Of a stretch of DNA of 64,000 nucleotides, positions 1-13,667 are shown piece by piece (positions within the stretch are counted from its first letter, which is position 1; the number at the start of each line of letters is the position of its first letter). Location of the stretch: assembly GCA_010909165.1 (NCBI GenBank), contig MU008158.1:3187478-3251477 (forward strand), given 5' to 3'. A model generated the notes under the pieces. It saw nothing but the letters and a program-made list of their open reading frames with translations. It ran no database searches and was not told where the DNA came from. Origin of the DNA: Anthoceros angustus (lineage: Eukaryota; Plantae; Anthocerotophyta). Both the position numbers and the translations under genes were made by a program.

Positions 1-928
1 ATTGTTGGAGACATTTTCTATTGAAAAACTTGAGACAAATGAAGGTCAACGCACACATAAATGGTCCTTGACCAATATGGGCAATATATTCTTATGTTGG
101 CGTCGAATGTTTATATTTGTTGCAATAGAACGTGGGTTGACATCGATGAGGATGTTTCCGATTGGAGAACTTTGTAATTCCAAAAACATCCACATATGAT
201 AGCACTCCTCGGAGATGATTCCTTGACCATGTTTGGGATTGGAGAAAGACGAACATTTTACCTCTGTCTGTGACCAGGCAAGTGGCACATGCACCCTCTT
301 TGCAATCTTCACTTCTATTGGTGCTAGAATCTCTATTAAATATGGTACTCCTCCACTAGAACCGGCAAGATTACATCGACAATTGGCAGCCTAGGACTGG
401 AGGGACTTACAAAAGTTGGCTTATCACAAACTAATGACAAATATAGATCTTAACAAGAAGGCCCTCGAATACACGAGCATACTATGCAAGTATGGTGGAG
501 ATATTGTAGATATAATGAAGTATGTGGAGAAACATGGAGTCGCTTTAGAAGAATTGTTCATACCATCCGGATGGAAGTCATCAAAATCCTCCCAACCAGC
601 GCAATATATTGTTGCACAAGGTTGGTTTCAAAGTCTTCAAGACTTGATCCAAAAATGAAAGAATTTGTGAGATACACACCCTAGTGGTATCTCTTTGTGT
701 GTGAAGATGGTGAGTTTGGCAACCATCCCGACCATGAAGCTCAAAACCTTATTCGCACGGGCTCCAAAGGACGCAGATGAAATGCATACTGCTAATAGTA
801 GGGTTTGATAACGATGCATGGATATTACGTAAATTGGGTGAAACATGGGGTGATAATGGGTATTTTAGGGTCAACTTACTGAGAAAAGGCCCCGAATCTA
901 TGACCATGCATGTATACCTATTATTTAG
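1..928 (+). pseudogene. Papain-family (C1A) cysteine protease, copy 1 (5' truncated by window; frameshifted as assembled)
   Basis: Across frames: WDWRK, [51 protein letters not shown], ending YDHACIPII* (TAG 926-928). Confidence 0.8.
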
Positions 929-2604
929 GATTACGCTTATAAAAGATATAAAATTTACTTATGGGAATATTCAAGGTGAAGAATCTCCTAAAGGCTTAAG
1001 ATTTTAGAATAGTATAGCTTTAAACTAGTTTAATGCTTTCTTATCGAAGGTCACCGATCACGTGCCTTGTTGTTTGCGTGTATATCGTAGAAAAAGAGGA
1101 GCGGTCTCTATTCATTTTATGCTCTCGGTATGCATCCGCACTAACGCACATGCGCAAAAATCGCAGGCCAGGGTAATTAATAATGATAGCATGTACGAAA
1201 TGGGTTCTTTCCAAAATAGACTCTCTTTTCTTTCAGTACACCATACCATGATAAAGAAACTCTCCGAACCCAAGTATGTATAAACAAACAAATAAATAAA
1301 TAAATTTTATTCTTTTAAATTAAAATTTTATTTATTTACAGATAATAATAATAATAACTGTATCATAAGTATAAATAAGTATATGAGTAAATTTTATTAT
1401 TTAAACTTAAATTCTAATAATTTACAGATAATAATACCTATATCATAAGTCCAATGTTTTCAAGGATCAATGGGCCACTGGCACCATAGTTTGCTTGGGA
1501 TGTACATCAACTAATCTAAACGCTGCTCGCCATTCTAGTGGAGTGCGCAATGGTCTTAGTGCTCCACAACAAACCCCTGTCTTGACCTCAGCAGCCTTGC
1601 ACTCCGGCCGATTCAATTTTGAGCTACACCATGGCTTCGACGGTGGCTTCATCCGCCATGGCAGCTTCGCTACATTGCTGCTTCTCGAGCACTATCTTCC
1701 GAGGCCTTTAGCGAGCACGCCTTAAGTCGTCGGCCTCATTGAGGTGATCCTGCTAAAGAAGACAATGTCGAGTTTGATAAGCTCGCATTGTCTTTTGCGG
1801 TAGGATCACTAACTTCAGCTTTAGAACCGTAGCAACATCAACCGTGCAAAGTGCATACAAATGAGCTTGTAGGTGCTGCTCTCATGTAGTGCATGTTATC
1901 ATATGTATTGGAACCATGAGAAAGCAAAGACATTAAGATGTGTGTCTTAATATCCATCGCTAGATAATATCTAAATATCTATGCTATGAATATCCCTTTG
2001 CCCTTTGTCTATTAACCTAATATTCTATGATTAATATCTATGGACAAATCCTATGTCCATGCCCATCCACATGCCACATGCACATCGGTCACATGCACAT
2101 ACACATATCATGCACCCATGATGCTATCCATCATGCATCCTAGCTACATAGCCTATAGCTTTATCATGTACATGCCTCTTGTCAATCCATGTCATGATAG
2201 CCATGTCATCAATCGTTGTTGTAAATGAGCACCCAAAAGAGTGCCATATCGTCTAGATTTCTGTAAACCGAGTCTTAAAACTTGCCACATCAAATAAACT
2301 TAGACCAATTTACAACGGAGGTTTTAGACATTGTGAAGATTGGGACATTTACAAAGGGTTTTGTAAACAACCCCTCCACCCCCTCCCCTCCCCTCCTCCC
2401 TCCCTTCCCTTCCTCGCCCGCCCGCCTCCCTAGTAGTGGGAGCTCCAGCTTATCACAATCGTAGTACTTGCTAAGTATGCATCCAGAATATGTACCAGTG
2501 CAACAAGCGAGCTTCTACGCCCCCGCCCAAACATCCTTATGGCTACATATAACTATATTCCTCATTAATTACTTCATACGCCTGCATTTAATTATAGACA
2601 TTAG

Positions 2605-4006
2605 ATGGCGGGGGTTAGGTTTTGCAAGTCCAAGGAGTGTTTTACTTCATGGGCCATGACATATGTCCTATGACTAATCCGGAGCAAAATGTCCTTGGAC
2701 TTCGACTTGAGGGGAATCAAGTCCAAGGACGTTTTCTTCCTTGCCCTCAAGCTGTTTATCTCGGTTTATCATGATCTAAAGATTACCAATTTTTTATGTC
2801 CTTGGCTCTCACAAATCTCGACACCCTCCACCACAACTATATATATCCGACGGCCCCTAGCTAGAAAAAATAAATTTTATGACTTCTCCTACCGTAACTT
2901 CCTAGCGTAAACCCTTATGAACTCTAAAACTCTATATGATTTGAGATCACCTAGTGGTTCAACTTGTGCCTAGCTATCTTATCTCCACCGAGAAAGTTTA
3001 TTATGGGAAACCTCGGACATATGTCGACTCCTTGGGAAAGAGGATTCCTTGTATGATTTGGGATTGTTGGAGACATTTTCTATTGAAAAAACTTCGACAA
3101 ATGAAGGTCAACGCACACATAAATGGTCCTTGACCAATATGGGCAATATATTCTTATGTTCAAGTGTGTCGAATGTTTATATTTGTTGCAATAGAACTGG
3201 GTTGACATCGAAGTGAGGATGTTTCCGATTGGAGAACTTTTGTAATTCCAAAAACATCCACACATATGATAGCACTCGAGCGGAGATGATTCCTTTTGAC
3301 CATGTTTGGGATTGGAGAAAGACGAACATTTTACCTCCGTCGTGACGAGGCAAGTGTGGCACATGCACCCTCTTTGCAATCTTCACTTCTATTGGTGCTA
3401 GAATCTCTATTAAATATGGTACTCCTCCACTAGAACTGCTGCAAGATTACATCGACAATTGGCAGCCTAGGACGAGAGGGACTTACAAAAGTTGGCTTAT
3501 CACAAACTAATGACAAATATAGATCTTAACAAGAAGGCCCCGAACATACGAGCATACTATGCAAGTATGGTGGAGATATTGTAGATATAATGAAGTATGT
3601 GGAGAAACATGGAGTCGTTTTAGAGAAGAATTGTTCATACCATCCGGATGGAAGTCATCAAAATCCTCCCAACCAGCGCAATATATTTGTTGCACAAGGT
3701 TGGTTTCAAAGTCTTCAAGACTTGATGTCAAAAATGAAAGAATTTGTGAGATACACACCGTAGTGGTATCTCTTTGTGTGTGAAGATGGTGAGTTTGGCA
3801 ACCATCCCACCATGAAGCTCAAAACCTTATTCGCACGTGGGCTCCAAAGGACGAGATGAAATGCACAGTGCTAATAGTAGGGTTTGATAACGATGCATGG
3901 ATATTACGTGGTAGGGTGAAACATGGGGTGATAATGGGTATTTTAGGGTCAACTGATAGAAAAGGCGTCTGGAATCTATGACCATGCATGTATACCTATT
4001 ATTTAG
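2605..4006 (+). pseudogene. Papain-family (C1A) cysteine protease, copy 2
   Basis: Same motifs ([27 protein letters not shown]). The start ATG at 2605 is tentative. Indels differ between copies and may be assembly noise. Confidence 0.78.
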
Positions 4007-5670
4007 GATTACGCTTATAAAAGATATAAAATTTACTTATGGGAATATTCAAGGTGAAGAATCTCCTAAAGGCTTAAGATTTTAGAATAGTATAGCTTTA
4101 AACTAGTTTAGTCGCTTTCTTATCGAAGGTCACCGGATCACGTGCCTTGTTGTTTGCGGGCATATCGAGAAAAAGAGGAGCGGTCTCTATTCATTTTGCC
4201 TCAGTATGCATCCGCACTAACGCATATGCGCAAAATCGCCGGCCAGCAATTAATAATGATAGCATGTACGAAATGGGTTCTTTCCAAAAATAGACTCTCT
4301 TTTCTTTCGACACCATACCATGATAAAGAAACTCTGAACCCAAGTATGTATAACAACAAATAAATAAATAAATTTTATTCTTTTAAATTAAAATTTTATT
4401 TATTTACAGATAATAATAATAACTGTATCATAAGTATAAATAAGTATATGAGTAAATTTTATTATTTAAACTTAAATTCTAATAATTTACAGATAATAAT
4501 ACCTATATCATAAGTCCAATGTTTTGAAGGATCACCGGGCCATGGCACCATAGTTTGCTTGGGATGTACATCAACTAATCTAAACGCTCGCCATTCTAGT
4601 GGAGGCGAATGGTCTTAGTGCTCTCACAACAAACCCCTTGTCTTGACCTCGCAGCCTTGCACTCCTGTGATTCAATTTTATTCTGACCATGGCTTCGACG
4701 GTGGCTTCATCCGCCATGGCGGCACTCGCTACATTTCGGTTGCTTCTCGAGCACTATCTTCGAGGCCTTTAGCGAGCACGCCTTAAGTCGTCGGCCTCAT
4801 TGAGGTGATCCTGCTATAAAAGACAATGTCGAGTTTGACAAGCTCGGCATTGTCTTTTGCAGGATCACTAACTCGCCTTTAGAATCGTAGCAACATCAAC
4901 TGCAAAGTGCATGCAAGTGAGCTTGTAGGTGCTGCTCTCATGTAGTGCATGTTATCATATGTATTGGAACCACCGGAGAAAGCGACATTAAGATGTGTGT
5001 CTTAATATCCACCGCTAGATAATATCTAAATATCTATGCTATGAATATCCCTTTGCCCCTTGTCTATTAACCTAATATTCTATGATTAATATCTATGGAC
5101 AAATCCTTATGTCCATGCCCATCCACATGCCACATGCCACACATCGGTCACATGCATACATATCATGCACCCATGGCGTTATCCATCATGCATCCTAGCT
5201 ACATAGCCTATAGCTTTATCATGTACATGCCTCTTGTCAATCCATGTCATGATAGCCATGTCATCAATCCGTTGTTGTAAATGAGCACCCAAAAGAGTGC
5301 CATATCGTCCGAGAAACCCCGTTGTAAACCGAGTCTTAAAACTTGCCATCAGTAAACTTAGACCAATTTACAACGGAGGTTTTAGACATTGAAGATTGGG
5401 ACATTTACAAAAGGGTTTTGTAAACAACCCCTCCACCCCCTCTCCCTCTCCCTCTCCTCCTTCCCTTCCCTTCCTTCCCTCGCCTCGCCCGCCTCCCTAG
5501 TAGTGGCCGGAGCCCGGGCTTATCACAATCGTAGTACTTGCTAAGTATGCATCCGAATATGTACCAGTGCCAACAAGCGAGCTTCTACGTCCCCGTCCAA
5601 ACATCCTTATGGCTACATATAACTATATTCCTCATTAATTACTTCATACGCATTTAATTATAGACATTAG

Positions 5671-7061
5671 ATGGCGGGGTTAGGTTTTGCAAGTCCAAGG
5701 AGTGTTTTACTTCATGGGCCATGGCATATGTCCTATGACTAATCCGGAGCAAAATGTCCTTGGACTTGACTTGAGGGGAATCAAGTCCAGGACGTTTTCT
5801 TCCTTGCCCTCAAGCTTTATCTCGGTTTATCATGATCTAAAGATTACCAATTTTTATGTCCTTGGCTCTCACAAATCTCGACACCCTCAGCCACAACTAT
5901 ATATCGACGGCCCCTAGCTAGAAAAATAAATTTATGACTTCTCCTACCGAACTTCCTAGCGTAAACCCTTATGAACTCTAAAACTCTATATGATTTGAGA
6001 TCACCTAGTGGTTCAACTTATGCGTCTAGCTATCTTATCTCCACCGAGAAAGTTTATTATGGAAACCTCCGGACATATGTCGATACTCTTGGGGAAAGAG
6101 GATTCCTTGTGATTTGGGATTGTTGGAGACATTTTCTATTGAAAAAACTTGAGACAAATGAAGGTCAACGCACACATAAATGGTCCTTGACCAATATGGG
6201 CAATATATTCTTATGTTCCAAGTGTCGAATGTTTATATTTGTTGCAATAGAACTGGGTTGACATCGATGTGAGGATGTTTCCGATTGGAGAACTTTTGTA
6301 ATTCCAAAAACATCCACACATATGATAGCACTCGGCGGAGATGATTCCTTTGACCATGTTTGGGATTGGAGAAAGATGAACATTTTACCTCCGTCTGTGA
6401 CGAAGTGTGGCACATGCACCCTCTTTGCAATCTTCACTTCTATTGGTGCTAGAATCTCTATTAAATATGGTACTCCTCCACTAGAATCGGTGCAAGATTA
6501 CATCGACAATTGGCAGCCTAGGACTGGAGGGACTTACAAAAGTTGGCTTATCACAAACTAATGACAAATATAGATCTTAACAAGAAGGCCCCGAATACAG
6601 CATACTATGCAAGTATGGTGGAGATATTGTAGATATAATGAAGTATGTGGAGAAACATGGAGTCGTTTTAGAGAAGAATTGTTCATACCATCCGAATGGA
6701 AGTCATCAAAATCCTCCCAACCAGCGCAATATATTGTTGCACAAGGTTGATTTCAAAGTCTTCGAACACTTGACTGTCCAAAAAATGAAAGAATTTGTGA
6801 GATTACACCTGTAGTGGGATCTCTTTTTGTGTGTGAAGATGGTGAGTTTGGCAACCATCCCGACCATGAAGCTCAAAAACCTTATTCTGGCACGTGGGCT
6901 CCAAAGGACGCAGATGAAATGCATACGGTTAATAGTAGGGTTTGATAACGATGCATGGATATTACGTAATTGGGTGAAACATGGGGTGATAATGGGTATT
7001 TTAGGGTCAACCCGATAGTGCGTCCGGAATCTATGACCATGCATGTATACCTATTATTTAG
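5671..7061 (+). pseudogene. Papain-family (C1A) cysteine protease, copy 3
   Basis: ORF 6322-6561 reads [53 protein letters not shown], matching the papain mature N-terminus DWR..CGSCWAF..LSEQxLxD. Confidence 0.8.
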
Positions 7062-8731
7062 GATTACGCTATAAAAGATATAAAATTTACTTATGGGAAT
7101 ATTCAAGGTGAAGAATCTCCTAAAGGCTTAAGATTTTAGAATAGTATAGCTTTAAACTAGTTTAGTCTTTCATCGGAAGGTCACCGGATCACGTGCCTTG
7201 TTGTTTGCGGGCATATCGAGAAAAAGAGGAGCGGTCTCTATTCATTTGGCGTTCTCGGTATGCATCCGCACTAACGCAGCATACGCAAAAATCGCAGGGC
7301 CATTGTGCAATTAATAATGATAGCATGTACGAAATGGGTTCTTTCCAAAATAGACTCTCTTTTCTTTCAAGACACCATACCATGATAAAGAAACTCTGAA
7401 CCCAAGTATGTATAAATAAACAAATAAATAAATAAATTTTATTCTTTTAAATTAAAATTTTATTATTTACAGATAATAATAATAATAACTGTATCATAAG
7501 TATAAATAAGTATATGAGTAAATTTTATTATTTAAACTTAAATTCTAATAATTTACAGATAATAATACCTATATCATAAGTCCAATGTTTTCAAGGATCA
7601 ATGGGCCATGGCACCATAGTTTGCTTGGGATGTACATCAACTAATCTAAACGCTGCTCGCCATTCTAGTGGAGTGCGAATGGTCTTAGTGCTCTCCACAA
7701 CAACCCCTTGTCTTGACCTCGCAGCCTTGCACTCGCCGATTCAATTTTGAGCTACGCCCATGGCTTCGACGTGGCTTCATCCGCCATGGCGACGCTACAT
7801 TTCGGTTGCTTCGAGCACCATCTTCGAGGCCTTTAGCGAGCACGCCTTAAGTCGTCGGCCTCATTGAGGTGATCTAAAGAAGACAATGTCGAGTTTGACA
7901 AGCTCGGCATTGTCTTTTATGTAGGATCACTAACTTCAGCTTTAGAATCGTAGCAACATCAACCGTGCAAAGTGCATGCAAGTGAGCTTGTAGGTCGCTC
8001 TCATGTAGTGCATGTTATCATATGTATTGGAACCACTGGAGAAAGACATTAAGATGTGTGTCTTAATATCCACTGCTAGATAATATCTAAATATCTATGC
8101 TATGAATATCCCTTTGCCCCTTTGTCTATTAACCTAATATTCTATGATTAATATCTATGGACAAATCCTTATGTCCATGCCCATCCACATGCCACATGCC
8201 ACACATCGGTCCACATGCACATACACATATCATGCACCCATGGCGTTATCCATCATGCATCCTAGCTACATAGCCTATAGCTTTATCATGTACACGACCT
8301 CTTGTCAATCCATGTCATGATAGCCATGTCATCAATCCGTTGTTGTAAATGAGCACCCAAAAGAGTGCCATATCGTCTAGAAACCCCGTTGTAAACCGAG
8401 TCTTAAAACTTGCCACATCGAAACTTAGACCAATTTACAACGGAGGTTTTAGACATTGTAAGATTGGGACATTTTACAAAAGGGTTTTGTAAACAACCCC
8501 CTCCACCCCCTCTCTCTCTCCCTCTCCCTCCCCTTCCCTTCCCTTCCTTCGCCCGCCTCCCTAGTAGTGGTGGGAGCTCAGCTTATCACAATCGTAGTAC
8601 TTGCTAAGTATGCATCCGAATATGTACCAGCAACAAGCGAGCTTCTACGCCCCGTCCAAACATCCTTATGGCTACATATAACTATATTCCTCATTAATTA
8701 CTTCATACGCGCATTTAATTATAGACATTAG

Positions 8732-10133
8732 ATGGCGGGGTTAGGTTTTGCAAGTCCAAGGAGTGTTTTACTTCATGGGCCATGGCATATGTCCTATGAC
8801 TAATCCGAGCAAAATGTCCTTGGACTTGACTTGAGGGGAATCAAGTCCAAGGACGCTTTCTTCCTTGCCCTCAAGTCGCTTTATCTCGGTTTATCATGAT
8901 CTAAAGATTACCAATTTTTATGTCCTTGGCTCTCACAAATCTCAAGACACCCTCCACCCACAACTATATATGCCGACGGCCCCTAGCTAGAAAAATAAAT
9001 TTTATGACTTCTCCTACCGTAACTTCCTAGCGTAAACCTTATGAACTCTAAAACTCTATATGATTTGAGATCACCTAGTGGTTCAACTTGTGCCTAGCTA
9101 TCTTATCTCCACCGAGAAAGTTTATTATGGGAAACCTCCGGACATATGTCGATTCTTGGGGAAAGAGGATTCCTTGTATGATTTGGGATTGTTGGAGACA
9201 TTTTCTATTGAAAAACTTGACAAATGAAGGTCAACGCACATAAATGGTCCTTGACCAATATGGGCAATATATTCTTATGTTCAAGTGTGTCGAATGTTTA
9301 TATTGTTGCAATAGAACTGGGTTGACGATGTGAGGATGTTTCCGATTGGAGAACTTTTGTAATTCAAAAACATCCACACATATGATAGCACTCCTCGATG
9401 GAGATGATTCCTTTGACCATGTTTGGGATTGGAGAAAGATGAACATTTTACCTCCCCGTCTGGTGACTGTAAGTGTGGCACATGCACCCTCTTTGCAATC
9501 TTCACTTCTATTGGTGCTAGAATCTCTATTAAATATGGTACTCCTCCACTAGAACTGCTAGGCAAGATTACATCGACAATTGGCACCTAGGACTGGAGGG
9601 ACTTACAAAGTTGGCTTATCACAAACTAATGACAAATATAGATCTTAACAAGAAGGCCCCGAACATACGAGCATACTATGCAAGTATGGTGGAGATATTG
9701 TAGATATAATGAAGTATGTGGAGAAACATGGAGTCGTTTTAGAGAAGAATTGTTCATACCATCCGAATGGAAGTCATCAAAATCCTCCCAACCAGCGCAA
9801 TATATTGTTGCACAAGGTTGGTTTCAAAGTCTCAAGACTTGATCCCAAAAATGAAAGAATTTGTGAGATACACACCGTAGTGGTATCTCTTTGTGTGAAG
9901 ATGGTGAGTTTGGCAACCATCCCGACCATGAAGCTCAAAAACCTTATTCTGGCACGTGGGCTCCAAAGGACGCAGATGAAATGCATACAGTGCTAATAGT
10001 AGGGTTTGATAACGATGCATGAATATTACGTAACAGCTGGGGTGAAACATGGGGTGATAATGGGTATTTTAGGGTCAACTTCGCTGATAGTGCGTCTGGA
10101 ATCTATGACCATGCATGTATACCTATTATTTAG
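8732..10133 (+). pseudogene. Papain-family (C1A) cysteine protease, copy 4
   Basis: 9975-10076 reads [33 protein letters not shown], with catalytic His and NSWG Asn visible. TGA replaces the Trp codon in this copy. Confidence 0.8.
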
Positions 10134-11286
10134 GATTACGCTTATAAAAGATATAAAATTTACTTATGGGAATATTCAAGGTGAAGAATCTCCTAAAGGC
10201 TTAAGATTTTAGAATAGTATAGCTTTAAACTAGTTTAGTCGCTTTCTTATCGAAGGTCACCGATCACGTGCCTTGTTGTTTGCGTGGAGAGAAAAAGAGG
10301 AGCGGTCTCTATTCATTTCATGCCTCGGCATGCATCTGCACCAACGCAGACATGCGCAAAATCGCAAGGCCAGTTGTGCAATTAATAATGATAGCATGTA
10401 CGAAATGGGTTCTTTCCAAAAATAGACTCTCTTTTTCTTTCAGACACCATACCATGATAAAGAAACTCTCAACCCAAGTATGTATAAACAAACAAATAAA
10501 TAAATAAATTTTATTCTTTTAAATTAAAATTTTATTTATTTACAGATAATAATAATAACTGTATCATAAGTATAAATAAGTATATGAGTAAATTTTATTA
10601 TTTAAACTTAAATTCTAATAATTTACAGATAATAATACCTATATCATAAGTCCAATGTTTTCGAAGGATCAATGGGCCACCGCACCATAGTTTGCTTGGG
10701 ATGTACATCAACTAATCTAAACGCTCGCCATTCTAGTGGAGTGCGAATGGTCTTAGTGCTCTCCACAACAAACCCCTTGTCTTGACCTCGCAGCCTTGCA
10801 CTCCGCCGATTCAATTTTGAGCTACGACCATGGCCCGACGGTGGCTTCATCCGCCATGGCGGCACTGCCACATTGGTTGCTTCTCGAGCACCATCTTCCG
10901 AGGCCTTTAGCGAGCACGCCTTAAGTCGTCGGCCTCATTGAGGTGATCCGCTAAAGAAGACAATGTCGAGTTTGACAAGCTCGGCATTGTCTTTTGCGGT
11001 AGGATCACTAACTTCGACTTTAGAATCGTAGCAACATCAACTGCAAAGTGCATGCAAGTGAGCTTGTAGGTCCGCTCTCATGTAGTGCATGTTATCATAT
11101 GTATTGGAACCACGGAGAAAGCAGACATTAAGATGTGTGTCTTAATATCCACCGCTAGATAATATCTAAATATCTATGCTATGAATATCCCTTTGCCCTT
11201 TTGTCTATTAACCTAATATTCTATGATTAATATCTATGGACAAATCCTTATGTCCATGCCCATCCACATGCCACATGCCACACATC

Positions 11287-12025
11287 CACACATATGATAG
11301 CACTCCTCGGCGGAGATGATTCCTTTGACCATGTTTGGGATTGGAGAAAGATGAACATTTTACCTCCGTCTGACTGGGCAAGTGTGGCACATGCACCCTC
11401 TTTGCAATCTTCACTTCTATTGGTGCTAGAATCTCTATTAAATATGGTACTCCTCCACTAGAACTGCTGCAAGATTACATCGACAATTGGCACCTAGGAC
11501 CGAGGGACTTACAAAGTTGGCTTATCACAAACTAATGACAAATATAGATCTTAACAAGAAGGCCCCGAACATACGAGCATACTATGCAAGTATGGTGGAG
11601 ATATTGTAGATATAATGAAGTATGTGGAGAAACATGGAGTCGTTTTAGAGAAGAATTGTTCATACCATCCGATGGAAGTCATCAAAATCCTCCCAACCAG
11701 CGCAATATATTGTTGCACAAGGTTGGTTTCAAAGTCTTCAAGACTTGAGTCCAAAAATGAAAGAATTTGTGAGATACACACCGTAGTGGTATCTCTTTTG
11801 TGTGAAGATGGTGAGTTTGGCAACCATCCCACCATGAAGCTCAAAACCTTATTCGCACGTGGCTCCAAAGGACGCAGATGAAATGCATGTGCTAATAGTA
11901 GGGTTTGATAACGATGCATGGATATTACGTAAATTGGGTGAAACATGGGGTGATAATGGGTATTTTAGGGTCAATCACGATAGTGCGCCCGAATCTATGA
12001 CCATGCATGTATACCTATTATTTAG
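11287..12025 (+). pseudogene. Papain-family (C1A) cysteine protease, copy 5 (N-terminal part deleted)
   Basis: Begins at a deletion junction (acatc, 11282-11286) directly before [19 protein letters not shown]. C-terminal motifs are in ORF 11859-12095. Confidence 0.75.
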
Positions 12026-13667
12026 GATTACGCTTATAAAAGATATAAAATTTACTTATGGAATATTCAAGGTGAAGAATCTCCTAAAGGCTTAAGATTT
12101 TAGAATAGTATAGCTTTAAACTAGTTTAGTCGTTTCATCGAAGGTCACGATCACGTGCCTTGTTGTTTGCGGTACAGAAAAAGAGGAGCGGTCTCTATTC
12201 ATTTTGGCTCGGTATGCATCTGACCAACGCAGACATGCGCAAAATCGCAGGCTGGGCAATTAATAATGATAGCATGTACGAAATGGGTGCTTTCCAAAAA
12301 TAGACTCTTTTCTTTCAGTACACCATACCATGATAAAGAAACTCTGAACCCAAGTATGTATAATAAATAAATAAATAAATTTTATTCTTTTAAATTAAAA
12401 TTTTATTTATTTACAGATAATAATAATAACTGTATCATAAGTATAAATAAGTATATGAGTAAATTTTATTATTTAAACTTAAATTCTAATAATTTACAGA
12501 TAATAATACCTATATCATAAGTCCAATGTTTTAAGGATCAATGGGCCACCGCACCATAGTTTGCTTGGGATGTACATCAACTAATCTAAACGCTGCCATT
12601 CTAGTGGAGGCGAATGGTCTTAGTGCTCCACAACAAACCCCTTGTCTTGACCTCGCAGCCTTGCACTCTACCTGAGCTACCCATGGCTTCGATGGCTTCA
12701 TCCGCCATGGCGCACTCGCTACATTTCCGTTGCTTCGAGCACCATCTTCCGAGGCCTTTAGCGAGCACGCCTTAAGTCGTCGGCCTCATTGAGGTGATCC
12801 GCTAAAGAAGACAATGTCGAGTTTGACAAGCTCGGCATTGTCTTTGCGTAGGATCACTAACTTCAGCTTTAGAATCGAGCAACATCAACTGCAAAGTGCA
12901 TGCAAGTGAGCTTGTAGGTGCCGCTCATGTAGTGCATGTTATCATATGTATTGAACCACCGAGAAAGCAGACATTAAGATGTGTGTCTTAATATCCACAC
13001 TAGATAATATCTAAATATCTATGCTATGAATATCCTTTGCCCTTTTGTCTATTAACCTAATATTCTATGATTAATATCTATGGACAAATCCTTATGTCCA
13101 TGCCCATCCACATGCCACATGCCACACATCGGTCACATGCACATACACATATCATGCACCCATGGCGTTATCCATCATGCATCCTAGCTACATAGCCTAT
13201 AGCTTTATCATGTAATGACCTCTTGTCAATCCATGTCATGATAGCCATGTCATCAATCCGTTGTTGTAAATGAGCACCCAAAGAGTGCCATATCGTCGAC
13301 TAGAAACCCCGTTGTAAACCGAGTCTTAAAACTTGCCACATCAAACTTAGACCAATTTACAACGGAGGTTTTAGACATTGTAAGATTGGGACATTTACAA
13401 AGGGTTTTGTAAACAACCCCTCCACCCCTCTCCCTCTCCCTCCCTCCCTCCCTTCCTTCCTTCCTTCCTCGCCCGCCCGCCTCCCTAGTAGTGGCTGGGA
13501 GCTCCAGGCTTATCACAATCAGAGTACTTGCTAAGTATGCATCCAGAATATGTACCAGCGTGCCAACAAGCGAGCTTCTACGTCCCCGTCCAAACATCCT
13601 TATGGTTACATATAACTATATTCCTCATTAATTACTTCATACGCCTGCATTTAATTATAGACATTAG

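Noticed and set aside
2018-2026. Geminivirus-like origin (TAATATTCT) suggesting an integrated ssDNA replicon array
   Set aside because: It mismatches TAATATTAC, has no flanking GC stem, and the unit has no Rep motifs.
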